DNA from: Octopus sinensis
Lineage: Eukaryota
Direction: 5' to 3'
Assembly (NCBI RefSeq): GCF_006345805.1
Contig: NC_043002.1
Location: 76,570,001 to 76,634,000 of the forward strand
DNA: 64,000 nucleotides
The position numbers and the translations under genes were made by a program. Positions 26,725 through 41,084 of the stretch are shown one piece after another. The notes below the pieces were generated by a model. The model worked only from the letters and a program-made list of their open reading frames with translations, did no database searches and was not told the origin of the DNA. Position 1 is the stretch's first letter, and each line of letters opens with the position of its first letter.

Positions 26725-27612
26725 TTTTAGTTAGTTAGTAAGTTAATTTTTTGGCTCAAAAAGCAAAAAGCAAGGCCATGTAGGGGGACATGGAATTATG
26801 TACAGGGTGGTGTTCATGTAAAGAGTTCAGGCCACTTGTGGTCAAAGGAGACTTTGAACCGAGCGGTCGTCGGCATCTTCACCATCTTGTCTGGCAGCTT
26901 ATTCCACGGATCCGCAACCCGGACGGAGAAAGCCCATCTCCTTCGATTGAGATGAAATCGTCGCAGATAGAGCTTTTCGGAATGACCCCGCAGCCGACGC
27001 TCTGGAGCAGGAGTGAAGAACATCTCTTTCGAGAGGTTACACTTTCCGCTTATGATGTTGTGAGCAAGAATGAGATCTCCACGGCGTCATCGTTTTTCTA
27101 GAGAATAAAGGTCGAGCGCCTTCAGCCTTTCTTTATAAGACAAATTTGAGACCAAGAACCATGCGGGTAGCCAGCTTCTGGACTCTTTCGAGATGCTGTA
27201 TGTCTTTGAGGAGATAAGGAGAAGAGGCTTGAATCTCGTACTCCAATATGGGTCTCCACCAGCGTGACATAGAACGGTAGGAAATATGGCTGCTGTGAGC
27301 ATTCCGAATGACCGTCGAATCAAGAACAGAAATCCCGCGTGCTTTGTTGGCAGCATGGACGCACTGGGCCGAAGGCGAAAAGGAGGAATCCACCAAGATA
27401 CCCAGGTCCTTTACCTGATCGGTCCTCTCCAGCAGCAGACGACCCAGCTCGAAATCAAGTTGAGTTGCAGGAGGAGAGCCAGCAGGCAGATGACAGCACT
27501 TTGACACGTTCAGACACAGGTCCCATTCGTTAGATCATCTCCAAATTTGGTGGAGGCATCGACGAAGATCCTCTATATCACCGCGAGGAGCGACCAGTTT
27601 GACATCGTCGGC
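26725..27612 (-). mobile_element. CR1-like LINE 3' fragment (RT C-terminus and 3'UTR)
   Basis: ADDVKL...LGILVDSSFSPSAQC...LERVQKLATRMV...YKERLKALDLYSLEKR...FSVRVADPWNKLP. Confidence 0.9.
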
Positions 27613-27614
27613 AA

Positions 27615-27914
27615 ATTATTTTTATTGTATTGTATAACATTATTCGTTTTTTTCCGTCCTTGTTTTTGTATACATTCGCTGCTTTCTTCCAAGGAATGTA
27701 ATGCTCTTAGCTTAGTTATTCCTTGGGGCTGGCCGGATTTGAGCAATCTCAAGTATAATCAGCCGAAATTGCGAAGATAATCTGGTACTTGACTGAGGAA
27801 AGAAAACTTTGAATGACCCGTCCTTGTTTTCTTTGTATCGTCTATCTGGATGTTTTGTTGTCCCATTTTGTATCACCTAACTATCCGGATGTTTTGCGTT
27901 CTTGTCCCATTTTG

Positions 27915-27920
<6 letters not shown>
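27615..27920 (+). mobile_element. Putative PLE-type terminal repeat family (second copy 39160-39390)
   Basis: Shared CTTAGTT..GGCTGGCCG..AATCTCAAG..AATCAGCCGAAATT; GGCTG/CAGCC stem precedes GAAA but no CTGANGA core; both copies abut (TA)n. Confidence 0.4.
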
Positions 27921-27967
<47 letters not shown>

Positions 27968-27969
27968 AT

Positions 27970-28012
<43 letters not shown>

Positions 28013-28024
<12 letters not shown>

Positions 28025-28612
28025 AAAGAGGACAACAAAAGCTAAGGCAAGACAAACATCTCAAGTCATACGTAACTATTATTAAAAAATTAAAAGTCTT
28101 ACAGCCGTTTCTGGGAAATTTCAAGATATGGGATATCCCATCATCAGAGACAAATAGGGAAAATATGAAGGGTATAGATTAAGGAAACGATGAAATAAAG
28201 GATTGGAGAAAAATTGAAATAAAGAAATGAAGAAAAAAGAAACATAAAAGTTCACAGTTCAACTTTCCGAGAGCAGACATGGTTGCGTCTCTCTCTGTAT
28301 ATTTACAATATGAAGACTCTAATCATACCTAGATTTACAATGGATTATACCGAAAGATTTGTGGAATAGCATTGACACTATCGGAAAGTTGAACTGTGAA
28401 TTTCTGTTCCTTCTTTCTTCATTTCTTTATTTCTTTATTTCTCCAGTCCTGTAATTCATCGTTTCCTTAATCTATACCCTTCACATTTTCCCTATTTTGA
28501 AATTTCCCAGAAACGGCCGTAAGACTTCTAATTTTTTAAAAATAATAATAACGCGTATGGCTTGAGATGTTTGTCTTGCTTCAGCGTTTGTTGTGCTCTT
28601 TAACAAATATAC
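28013..28612. mobile_element. Inverted-repeat PLE-type element with minimal type I HHR
   Basis: Arms 28013-28270 and 28380-28612; minus strand GTCT-CTGATGA-TGGGA..TCCCA-GAAAC-GGCT-GTA-AGAC at 28096-28151. Confidence 0.75.
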
Positions 28613-29231
28613 ATCTGCTATATCGGAAATCTATAATGGTTCCATTACTTCCGTCTCGGCTATGAGCTTGGGGCCCTGGTAATCCGTTACAGCACTTACC
28701 CAGCGTACCTAGTTGTTAAGATCACTTGTAAAATAAACCCCCATATTTTGATATGTGCGTGTATATATAAATACAGATAATATATGTGTATGTATATATT
28801 TAGAGATCAACGCAGTAGTTGTACTAATAAGTAATGTTCGTAGCCACGTCAACATGGTCGGCCCGAGTCTCTAGCAGAGGACACTTGCCTATTGTTGCCA
28901 CGCAGTAGAACTGAACCCGGAACCATGCGGTTTGGAAGAAAGCTTCTTGTCACACAACCACGCCTATGTTTACAATTTTTCTTTATTGTCTGACGGAAAA
29001 AAATATAAAATTAAACAGGTCTTTTTTTTTCTTTTGCAAGAAAGGAAGAAAAAAATTATTTCTTTGTAACGGGTTCACAAAAACACAATACAAAAGAAAA
29101 AAACACAAAAGAAAAAATAACAGGAAGAAATTTAGAAAGCAATTTGAAATTTTTCTAAAACTCACGGGTTCGTAAAAAACCCCACATCTGTCGCAGGCCA
29201 CTCTAAATTAATAATAATAATAACAATAATA

Positions 29232-29288
<57 letters not shown>

Positions 29289-29604
29289 CTCTTTATGAGC
29301 CGCAAGGACTCTAGGAGATGCAATTAAATACGAAGAACATTAACCAGAAGGCATATAAGGCTGTGTGGATTGTTGGGATAGCTAAGTTGTGTAAAGGTAA
29401 TGGGGGAGTGAAGGTGGATATATAATATATAATGGGACTAGTTAAGAATTGGAAACACACACAAAGAGTATTATGGAATGAGCGAGGCTGTGTGGTAAAA
29501 ACCACATGGTACCAGATTCTATCCTACTGCGTGGCACCTTGGGCGAGAGTCTTTGACTTTAGCCTCGAACCTACTAAAGCCATGTGAGTAGATTTGGCAG
29601 ATGG

Positions 29605-29752
29605 TTGTGTGGTAAGTAGCTTGCTTACCAACCACATGGTTCCGGGTTCAGTCCCACTGCGCGGTACCTTGGGCAAGTGTCTTCTACTATAGCCTCGAGC
29701 CGTCCAAAGCCTTGTGAGTGGATTTGGTAAACGGAAACAGAAAGAAGCCCGT

Positions 29753-29795
<43 letters not shown>

Positions 29796-30105
29796 TATAT
29801 ATATGTGGTGGGTGTGTGTGTGTGTGTGTTGTGTGTGTGCGTGTGTGCAAGTATGTATGTATGTATGTATGTATGTCTGTATGTATGTATGTATGTATGT
29901 ATGTGTGTGTGTGTGTGTGTGTGTGTTTTCGCCCAATAGCGCTTGACAACCGATGCTGGTGTTTTTACGTCCCGTAACTTAGCGGTTCGGCAAAAAAGAC
30001 CGATAGAATAAGTACTAGGCTTACAAAGAATAAGACCTGGGGTCGATTTGCTCGACTAAAGCGGTGCACCAGCATGACCGCAGTCAAATAACTGAAACAA
30101 GTAAA
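29605..30105 (+). mobile_element. Full-length family B SINE with expanded internal microsatellite (degenerate head upstream at 29485)
   Basis: Head, central (TA/GT)n, and tail GCGGTGCACCAGCATGACCGCAGTC..TGAAACAAGTAAAA. Confidence 0.85.
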
Positions 30106-30108
30106 AAT

Positions 30109-30140
<32 letters not shown>

Positions 30141-30178
30141 ATATTATATATTATATATATATATATATATATTTATAT

Positions 30179-30819
30179 ATCACTTTGATCACTTTGACCG
30201 ACCAGTCCGTCAGGCGTCCATTTGACACCGCTGGTCACAGCACGATGTCCACTCCTCTCTGGATCGCGCCTTTCTCTTCCACGTGATCCCAATCGTCCTC
30301 TTGAAATCGTCACTCCACCGTCGTGGAGGTCTTCCGGATGGTCATTTCCGCTCACGCGGGTACCACTCGACAACTGCGTGCGTCCACCGATTATCGGTGA
30401 GCCGGGCGACGTGTCCAGCCAATCTATACTTGCTGCGAGTATACCCTGCGATGACATCTCTCACGCCGGACTTCTTTCTGATGATCTTGCTATTTATGTG
30501 CTCTCTCAACGAGATACCAACAGGTCGAATGGTGATCGGCAGTGATGAAATAGAGGAGGTGAGAGAATATGTCTACCTGGGACAGGAAGTAAATATGGGC
30601 CGGGATATCAAAAAGGAGATCTCACGGAGAGTAGAGCCGGATGGAAGGCGTTCAATGGCATAAGGGATGTGCTCAAGGGAAGGTTGGACAGGACCACCTG
30701 CGCCAACCTCATTAACAGTGCAGTTCTGCCTGCAAGGTTATATGGTAGTGAAACATGGGCTACCACAAAGAGAGAAGAGCAAAGACTGATAACGGCTCAA
30801 AGAGCCATGGAAAGGTCAA
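30179..30819 (-). mobile_element. RTE-clade LINE fragment with 5' inversion
   Basis: + strand 30523-30819 encodes [21 protein letters not shown]; - strand 30522-30179 continues VGISLREHI..HVARLTDNRWT..GRPPRRW and the 3' tail. Confidence 0.85.
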
Positions 30820-30833
30820 TATATATATTATAT

Positions 30834-30877
<44 letters not shown>

Positions 30878-30884
30878 TATATAC

Positions 30885-30921
<37 letters not shown>

Positions 30922-30922
30922 C

Positions 30923-31024
<102 letters not shown>

Positions 31025-31755
31025 TGTATGTATGTATGTGTGTGTGTGTGATGAGGTTCTTTCTGTTTCCATCAACCAAATCCACTCACAAGGCTTTGGT
31101 CGTTCAAGGCTATAGCAGAAGACACTTGCCACGCTGTGGGACTGAAATCAGAACCATGTGGCTGGGAACCAAAGTACCTAGCACGCAGCCACACCTGCGT
31201 CTATAATTACTCTTAGTGTTCCTGTTTTGCTCTGTATTCTTCTTTTTTTTTTTTTTTGTAAGACAGCCAGATATGAATCGAACCATTTCTCGTTTCACGT
31301 CGTTCAACCGTTGCAGTTGTTGTTGTCACCTAGTGGGTGTGGCAATCGCTTTCTTTGTTCTTAAAACGTTTTGCGACTGATGTTGTTGCTGTTGCACCGT
31401 TGCTAATGCTAACACTGTTGTGGAAGCTGTTGTTGCTAACACTTTTGTTGTTGCTGTTTATGCCATCATACTTTCTTTCCTTTATCCATTCCTACAATTT
31501 AGTCATTTATTTACCTATTTATTTAATTATTTATCCAATTATTTGATTTGCCGTTTCATCAATTAATTTTCTGATAGATTAATTATCTCTTTATGTCTTG
31601 CCAAACCGAATCATACATACATACATACATGCATACATACATACATACATACATACACATACATACCTACATACATACATACATACATATATATGTGCGC
31701 ATATGTGTGTGTATGTAATTACATATGTGAATACATATATGTATGTACATGGTGA

Positions 31756-31808
<53 letters not shown>

Positions 31809-32404
31809 GTATGTATGTAAATGTTTGTGCATGTATATATATGGTGTGTGGTGTGTGTGTGTATAATCAATTTCTCTCTTTTTTTCCTTGTCTTGAAGAT
31901 TACTTTGTTGTACCTTGCATCCCGTGACTATTTCTCTGTTCATCATGCATTCTTTTCTTCCACATCTCCAAACATCTTTCTCGACACTTCTTCCACCACC
32001 ACTACTACCACCCCACCCCCCATCTCTATCTCCACCAACCCATCTCCTCCCCCCTCACACACACACAGGCACATATTCATCCCCGCCCGCCCACCCACAT
32101 ACATTAAGCCACCCCCACCGCCCCCACCCACTTTCTCTCCTCCTGCCCCGTCAGTTCTGAAATAATTACTTAATCTCCCCACTCAGAACTTAGTTGTTTT
32201 GTGGTTTAGTGTAGTTGACAGGCGACCAAGTTATCAATCACTTTGGTCAACAAGTCGATAAAATGGAGAGACAAGACTATTTAAAAGTTTTCTTTTTCTC
32301 TTTTCGCCATGTGTTTAAGGAGTGGTTTGCTTTGCCTGCGTTTAAACAAAGCAATCTACAAACACTTGCACAATACATACACACATACATCACACAGACG
32401 TACA

Positions 32405-32488
<84 letters not shown>

Positions 32489-32513
32489 CATCCATCCATC
32501 CATCCATCCATCC

Positions 32514-32570
<57 letters not shown>

Positions 32571-32597
32571 ATTACTTTTACCTACATACCTAGGCTT

Positions 32598-33500
32598 AGG
32601 CGTGGCTGCGTGGTAAAAAAGCTTGCTTCCCAGCCACATGGTTCCGGGTTCAGTCGCAGTGTGTGGCACCTTGTATTCAACTACAGCATCGGGCGGACCA
32701 AAGCTTTGTACGTAGATTTGGTGGACGGTAACTGAAAGAAGCACGTTGTCTATATTATTTACATAGGTGCAGGCATGGCTGCGTGGTAAGAAGCTTGTTT
32801 ACCAACCACATGGTTCTGGGTTCAGTCCCACTGCATGGCAGCTTGGGCAAGTGTCTTTTACTATAGCCTCGGGCCGACCAAAGCCTTGTGAGTGGATTTG
32901 GTAGACGGAAACTGAAAGAAGCCTGTCGTATATATATGTGCGTGTATGTATGTGTGTCTGTGTTAGTCCCCCTAGCATTGCCTGACAATCGATGCTGGTG
33001 TTTTTATGTCCCCGTCACTTAGCGGTTTGGCAAAAGAGACCGATAGAATAAGTACTGGGCTTACAAAGAATAAGTCCCGAGGTCGAGTTGCTCGATTAAA
33101 GGCGGTGCTCCAGCATGGCCGCAGTCAAATGACTGAAACAAGTAAAAAGAGTAAGAGTAAAGAAGTGCAGGCATGGCTGCGTGGTAAGAAGCTTGCTTCC
33201 CACCAACATGGTTCCGGATTCAGTTCCACTGCGTGGTAACTTGGGCAAGTGTCTTCTACTATGGCCTCGGGCCGACCAAAGCTTCGTGAGTTGATATGGT
33301 AGACGGAAACTGAAAGAAACCACATGTGTGTGTATATATATGTGTATGTGTGTGTGTGTCTTTGTGTTTGTTCCCCAACCATCGCTGGAACACCGATGTT
33401 GGCGTGTTTCCATTCCCGTAAATTAGCGGTTCGGCAAGAGAAACCGATAGAATAAATACTAGGCTTACAAAGAATAGGTCCTGGGTTCAATTTCTGTGAG
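32598..33500 (+). mobile_element. Three family B SINEs in tandem
   Basis: Heads at about 32598, 32768 and 33166; the middle copy is full length. Confidence 0.85.
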
Positions 33501-33758
33501 TAAAAACCCTTTAATGCAAGAAAAATGGAGAATGCTTACAGAAAAGAACCAATATATACTTCCGCTTTTTGCATCTACATTCTCCTACTTTTACTCTTGA
33601 TTGCTCTTGTATCAACGTCCTGAGTAGCAAATTCCATAGACCACTTGCTCAGAGCTCAAAGATTGCTTAGAGATACAAGACGTGTTATAAAAACCTGCCT
33701 AGACCCGGGTCTCCGAGCAAGAAACTATTACTAGCTCGTATCTTTGTTCTATGTACTT

Positions 33759-33792
<34 letters not shown>

Positions 33793-34060
33793 TGTGTGTT
33801 TGTGTGCGTGCGTGTGTGTGTGTGTGTATACACGCTACATATAACGGACTTATAAGAGGGTGATCAGCCGATGCATCAATCCGGAGCACGGTGATCAGCC
33901 GATGTATCAATCCGAAGCCCAGGGATCCAAAGATGGCCTGGAGATCCGAGAAGGAATCTGCTGAGTTTAGACACCTTTGTCCAAGGGCTACTCGAATGCA
34001 ACCTCTTTCTGCATAATATAATTTCTCACGGCAATTATATACATATATATATACATATAT

Positions 34061-34093
<33 letters not shown>

Positions 34094-34252
34094 ATGTGAA
34101 ATAGAAAGATGAATAATCTTGTAGTAGATTAATCAACAGTTTAACCGATACCTTAGTAGCAAAAATCACAGCAGTAAACAGCACGGTTGGAGGTACAACC
34201 ATCTGGCGTTGCAACCGTGCGTTGTGCGGATAATGAAATTAAAACATTATTG

Positions 34253-34361
34253 GTGAATTGAAGAAATGGAGCTGAACGCAGATTGAACAGAAATCGTTTT
34301 ATTTCATTCTACACGTGTTTCGAAAGGCACAAATTACCAAAATCCGATGAATAATGGGACC

Positions 34362-34362
<1 letters not shown>
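34253..34362 (-). mobile_element. Truncated relative of the 23.7-kb fold-back arm (3' half of HHR only)
   Basis: GAAGAAATGGAGCTGAACG shared with 23731-23752; minus strand GAAAC-ACGT-GTA-GAA; CTGANGA replaced by (TA)n. Confidence 0.55.
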
Positions 34363-34421
<59 letters not shown>

Positions 34422-35957
34422 TTAAAGGGTAAGATAACATATATATATATATATATGTATGTTATAGACATATGTATGTATATATATACACACATACACA
34501 TACACTCATTCAAATGAGCACTGCTGTCAACAGACAATAGATAGATATATCATCATACCATTCACACACGTGTTCCACATAGACATACCCACGCATGTCT
34601 CAATACGATAAATGCAATTTTAATGATGTATATTTCTATACAGACATAATAAAGAGATAAAAATGGACGCGTGAATGCAGACACACACACACACACATAT
34701 ACACACACGCATTTTATTTACATATGTAAATTAATGCGAACGCGCGTGCACACATTCGCACAGTTTAAATACATAACGACTGATTTATAAGCTACGCACG
34801 TGCACGTGCGCGCACACACTTTCACACAAACCATTTAAAGACATTGGAAGCAACGTGTCTGTAAACATGCAGGAACAGACCCTCGCACAGAATTCTTCCT
34901 ATTGCATATGTGTACGTGCCTCTCTCTCTCTCTCTCCCTCCTTCTCTCTCTCTCTCTCTACCTCTTTCTGTGTGTATGTACGTGCATGCGTGTATTTATG
35001 CACATTTTCTAATCTCGTTCGTCAAACATGTAACGAAACTTAAACAAGTCTTCTTTACTATTTCTACCCGAACCAAGACTATCGAGTTTTCGAACATAAA
35101 TCGTGTTTAAATTACAGCTTCCTTGCTGGACATCCTGTATATAAATTGACTGGTTTACGTTAGTGTTTAAAATATATAGCAAATCTCCCTAGGTATCAAA
35201 TTGTATAGATCAAATAGCCCAAAGGTACAGTTTTTCCTTACTTTCTCCACCTCTGTGTTCATTAATAAGCAATAAAATTTCTCTAATTCTACTCACCTAA
35301 CTCTACTGTTATTGTTTAACCTCAGGTTGGTTCAGACTGAGTAGATCTATGATCAAGGATACTCTATGCTTGACATTCAATGTATCATTGTATATTGAGA
35401 TATGGTTGCAATTGCTTCTATGAATCCGTCACGTCATTTTTCTACGCTTAAAGCACGCGATATCCTTATTTTATTCCATTAATGCAAGATGTGTGTTCTA
35501 TGACACACCAGCCACGCCCACTTTTGTTCCTTTACAACCACCTACACATCCACCTGCACATGGTCCTTTGACCACACCATCACCTACACCTCCACCTTCG
35601 TCGCCACTACCTAACACGAACAAACCCTATGTCACCAGGACAGGCCGCACTGTGCATTGGCCCAAATAACTCACCCGAACTATTTACATCTAATCTTTTT
35701 TTTTCTTTTTTCTTCCTATGGCAGACAATTGTTTTCTCGTGTGCTAAGCAATACCAAAGCCTTGCCATTGAACTTTGTAATAATAATATTTTGTGCATGC
35801 TCCTTTTATATTGCTTGTGATTATTTTTCTCAATTTCACATTTTGTATTATATTTTGTTGCACATCTTGTTGTTTGTGATCAGTGTCCATCTTTGCTTTC
35901 TTGTGCCTGCTCCAGTCACTCTAATTTTGCACTAGCGTTCTCAGGGGGGAAAGCCCC

Positions 35958-36466
35958 TGTAGCGTGACACTAGAAACCAGAGCCATTTTGTGCGAGATCT
36001 CGCCGGCAGCCATTACCATGTCTGAGACAAGAGCGAGATCTCGCCTACAACCATGTTTGCCATGCGCGAGACCACAGCGAGGCTCTCGTGGGCAACATCT
36101 ATTTAAGGAGGTGTATTAAGATGATTCTCTCTCTCTTGCGTTCGCGCTCACGCTGAGCAACACTGCAAACTGGCAGCTCACAGCAGATTCTTGTCCTGCT
36201 CTAACTTCACCCATTATCTCCAGAGGTAATATACCTCACGTGAACAGAGCTATAACGAACTACGCGCTGCCGTACAGATAGTCGCCGGGAGCGAACCCCA
36301 TGAATGAGAACTAAATAAACAACCATTGAATTGCATCCGCTTGTAAGCTTCTTCTTTCGAGTTCCAGATCCTAAGACTACAGAAAATAATTGTAAAGGGA
36401 GAAGGAAATACTCCGCAGATATAATGAATCTTCGAGACCCACTATACACTCTAAGATATCGCTACA
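35958..36466 (+). mobile_element. Solo LTR (509 bp)
   Basis: TGTAGCG...CGCTACA termini; 5-bp TSD GCCCC/GCCCT; TATTTAA and AATAAA in + orientation. Confidence 0.8.
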
Positions 36467-36691
36467 GCCCTGGTGAAAAATCACAGCACTTTATTAATAT
36501 TGTCTGACGTACCTTTTCTTTTCTTTTTGTTTTTAGACCATAAGGATTAGTTTGGTGGCTTCTGTTTTTTGAAGGCCGAGTAGTTAACAACAATGTAACT
36601 CTAATGTAGTTTCAACACTAATTAAAATGATCATCACATCTTGTATGTGTGCCTACAACACATATATGAAATGTGACGGTTTATATATATT

Positions 36692-36890
36692 TCTTTATTG
36701 CCCACAAGGGGCTAAACATAGAGGGGACAAACAAGGGCAGACAAAGGGATTAAGTCGATTACATCGACCCCCAGTGCGTAACTGGTACTTTATTTATCGA
36801 CCCCTAAAGGATGAAAGGCAAAGTCGACCTCGGCGGAATTTGAACTCAGAACGTAACGACAGACAAAATACCGTTTCTGCCAGCTCGCCG
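36692..36890 (-). mobile_element. Family A SINE with internal deletion in head
   Basis: Tail TTTCTTTATTGCCCACAAGGGGCTAAAC through GCCAGCTCGCC. Confidence 0.8.
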
Positions 36891-36935
36891 GTTTATATAG
36901 ACGAATACGCACACACATACACGCATACATACACA

Positions 36936-37450
36936 GTGGCTGGCCCCTCGTTATCGAGTATGGCCATTGCACGAGGCTTAACTGTTATCGGTGCTGTGAT
37001 CGAACGTGACTTTTTGGCTCAGCTAAAGATCTACAACGTCTTGCACAGAATTGGCAGCTAAAACCTTTACCGGCAATAGCCAGCTGTAGTTGTAACTGGG
37101 CTTCATGTACCTTTGCATGTCGTTTAAGTCCTCCTGCCGAATTACACTCCCTTCTACATACCTGACAGATATGATTAGTATGGTGTGTAGCACCACCACC
37201 AGTGGCCTGATTGTCAATCATCTATCTCGCTTTATGACTACGAAGATGACTCTTGAGTCTAGCTTTACTGAGGCAGGGTCTTGCACAGACACTGCATGTC
37301 AGCATTATAGGAAGAGCCTTACCATCTGAAAGTGCAACAGCGATGCCCTTCCTGACATCCCTCCTTACTTTCTCATGCGCAACTCGAGATTTCTTAAAAG
37401 TAGCTGCCCCCTCGTGCACAATCCTTCTCCACCTGCTACGGTCAATAGCT
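36936..37450 (-). mobile_element. RTE-clade LINE 3' end with three C2H2 zinc fingers
   Basis: AIDRSRWRRIVHEG..CSVCARPCLSKARLKSHLRSH; CQVCRRECNSAGGLKRHAKVH; CQFCARRCRSLAEPKSHVRSQH. Confidence 0.85.
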
Positions 37451-37668
37451 ACATACATACATACATACATACATACATACATACATACATCATACACATA
37501 CACTCACGTATACGCACATATATACAAAAGGTGTCTCAAATATTTTGAGCCGGGCCTTGAAATAAGAATCAAATAAAAATGTATTGCTTCTGCTGTTATG
37601 CATAGCCGGGATCAAAAACTTTCAGAACGCTCTTGATGTGTGTTGTGTGTGTGTGTGTGTGTGTGTGT

Positions 37669-37702
<34 letters not shown>

Positions 37703-38001
37703 TGTGTGCGTAGATACTTAGCTAATGACTTGCTTATCCAATACTTACTTTTGTAAAGCACGGAAGTAGATGTTCGTGCTGACTGAAGCTTTGGTCGCGT
37801 TCGGCTTAAAAATCGGTTTCTTACTGATCACAGGTTAGATAAGATCCCATTAGATGTTCCTGATCACGTGAGGAAAATTTCTCGTCTGTTGCTTCATTCA
37901 CTGCAAATATACGCATAAGTGTGTTTGTGTCGGCGTTCTTACGTTACTCTGTGTAGTTATGTACGTATGCGCATGTGTTCACTTACATATGTACCCACAA
38001 A

Positions 38002-38043
<42 letters not shown>

Positions 38044-38361
38044 TGCTTGTATAATTACAAATCAAGACCACACCATAACTAGTGAAGTAATATGGAAAAT
38101 GAGAGTAAAATGATCAATGAACCCAAACTTTATCAATGTCTCTCTCTCTCTCTCTCTCACTCTCTCTCCGCATATATATAAGCGCAAACGTAGCTATGTG
38201 GTAAGAGGTGTACTTCCCAACCACATGGTTCCGGGTTCGGTCCCACTGCGTGGTAACTTCGGCAAGTGTCTTCTACTATAGCCTCGGACTAAGCAAAGCC
38301 TCCACTGAATTTAGACGAAACTGAAAGAAGCTCGTTATATTATATATCTATATATATTATA

Positions 38362-38401
<40 letters not shown>

Positions 38402-38587
38402 GTATGCGTGTATGTGTGTATTTTTTGCGGTCTGTATTCCCCTCACCCCGCCCCACCGCCGCTCAAGAACTGATATTGGTGTGATTACTTCGCTGCAACT
38501 TAGTGGTTCGATAGAATGAACACTAACGTCGATATATATATATGTATATATATACGTATATATATATATATGTATATATATACACGC

Positions 38588-38622
<35 letters not shown>

Positions 38623-39515
38623 GTATATGTATGTATGTATATATTCTTAATAATTGGTACGACTCTCTGTTTGTCTCTCTCTCTCTCTCATTTTTACTTT
38701 CTCTCTATTCATCTTCTCTTTCCTCTGATCCTTTGGTCTAGTCTTCCACTACCCTCCTATTTCTTTGTCTCGCTCTGCACTCACAGGTCATTCTTCGACA
38801 CCCATCCCTTCTCCTCTCTGATTCCTTCTTTCTCTCTCTCTTCTCTCCTTTGTTGCGTTTTGGTCCCCCTTTTTCTCTCTCTCTCTTCCTTTGCTTCTCT
38901 TTCTTTTCTTTTCCCTCTTCTCTGTCACGTGACTGTTGGCCGAAATCTGCCTTTCAGCTCCTGACCCTCGTCGTGTTAACATCGTTGTTCTTCGTCCGCC
39001 GCTATAAAGGCTTTTTCCAATCGCCAGAGAAAAAATTTGTTTGCTTGTTATCAGTCGTAAGACACTTGTTGTTTTCACCGTTAATGCTCTGTATTCATGT
39101 TTCTGTATTCCATTATTGTTTTTTTTTTTTTTTTTTTTTTATATCTGTCCCTTTTGCTGTCCTGGTGTTCGTATGCATTCGATCCTTCTTCCAGGAATCT
39201 ACGCTTCCAGCTTAGTTTTTCTTGGAGGGCTGGCCGTGATCTAGTAATCTCAAGATTAATCAGCCGAAATTACTACGATGATCCGGTTCTTGACTGAAGA
39301 CTGAGAGGTTCGAATGTCCTGTCCATGTTTATTGTATCGTCTTCTATGAGTTATACGTTCTTGTCCATGTTGTATTTTTCTACATACCTTAATATATATA
39401 TATATATGTATATTATATATATATATATATATTATATATATATATATACACACAACACATACGGTTTTGATTGAGATCATCACACACCTTTTGTTTAACT
39501 TCATGTGAACCGGTA

Positions 39516-39560
<45 letters not shown>

Positions 39561-39618
39561 TATATACATATATATACAATATATATACATATATATACAT
39601 ATATATATATATACATCT

Positions 39619-39661
<43 letters not shown>

Positions 39662-39714
39662 TATATATATATATATATCATATATATATATATACTATAT
39701 ATATACATATTATA

Positions 39715-39746
<32 letters not shown>

Positions 39747-39784
39747 ATACATATATATATAAATATATATATATACATATATAT

Positions 39785-39826
<42 letters not shown>

Positions 39827-39877
39827 TATAACATATATATATTATATATATATATAATATATACATATTATATATAT

Positions 39878-39915
<38 letters not shown>

Positions 39916-39925
39916 ATAGATAGAT

Positions 39926-40011
<86 letters not shown>

Positions 40012-40477
40012 CAAACACACATATAATGTCTGTGTCTCTGTTTTCCTCTGTTAAACACGATGAAAGAAAAAAAAAGAATGATAAACGATTTTAAACACAT
40101 TAGCTCTCTCTTTGTATACCGTAACTTATTGAGACATTCCCTTAACATTGATCGACAAGCTTAACTACTAGACTGTAATAATTGCTGGGATCGATATGGT
40201 CAACTAAAAGCACTTCAGGCGGTGCTCCCGCGCGGCAGCAGTCCAATGATTGAAACCGGCGAGAGAATAAAAGAACAAAAGAATACAATTTCCTAAAGGA
40301 AACAGCTGTTTTTGAAAATAAATATTCAATGAAGGAATACATTTATGTATTTTGTTAGGAGATATATGACACTGTGTACATTCATCAGTCACATTAAAAA
40401 AACTGTACAACAGCTTCCAGATGGTCTCTGCTTTGCGGTTAGTATATTGTGGGAATATGCTTGTGCACATACCTCTA

Positions 40478-40550
<73 letters not shown>

Positions 40551-40823
40551 TCTATATGTATGCATGCATGTATCTATCTATATGTAATTATGCATGTATG
40601 TATGTATGTGTGTATGTATGTATGTATGTATGTATGTATAGAAAGAGGAGTGTGTGTGTGAGGTGGAGAGAAAGAGAAAGCCGGACAGTTAGACGGACAG
40701 GTGGTCGGGTTACCGCCGATTAATATTCCGTCAACATGACACATAGAGATTAAATACGTTATATGTAATTGTATATGTGTATGCGATTGTCTGAGTATAT
40801 GTGTGCATATATGTACGTTATAT

Positions 40824-40856
<33 letters not shown>

Positions 40857-41084
40857 TATATATATGCATACAAACCCACACATACATACGCACATCTGTA
40901 TATACATACGTGTGAGTGTGTATACAAATATATATATATATATATATGTATGTATACATGTTTATATATGTACGTGTATATATATGCATGCATGTGTGTA
41001 TACATATATGTATGTGAGTTTACTATAGATATGCTATCCCCGCGTGCACACACACATGTTATTTCAACGTACATCTACAAATGC

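Noticed and set aside
27700-27790. Hammerhead in the 27.6/39.2-kb repeat family
   Set aside because: GGCTG/CAGCC-GAAA is present but neither copy has a CTGANGA core or a clear stem III.
36985-37503. C2H2 zinc-finger host gene
   Set aside because: The fingers follow the RTE RT C-terminal motif (DRSRWR), and the 3' end is shared with another RTE copy; transposon-derived.
40295-40395. Hammerhead-like CTGATGA..AAAACAGCTGT on the minus strand
   Set aside because: Stems I and II do not pair in register; at most a decayed remnant.
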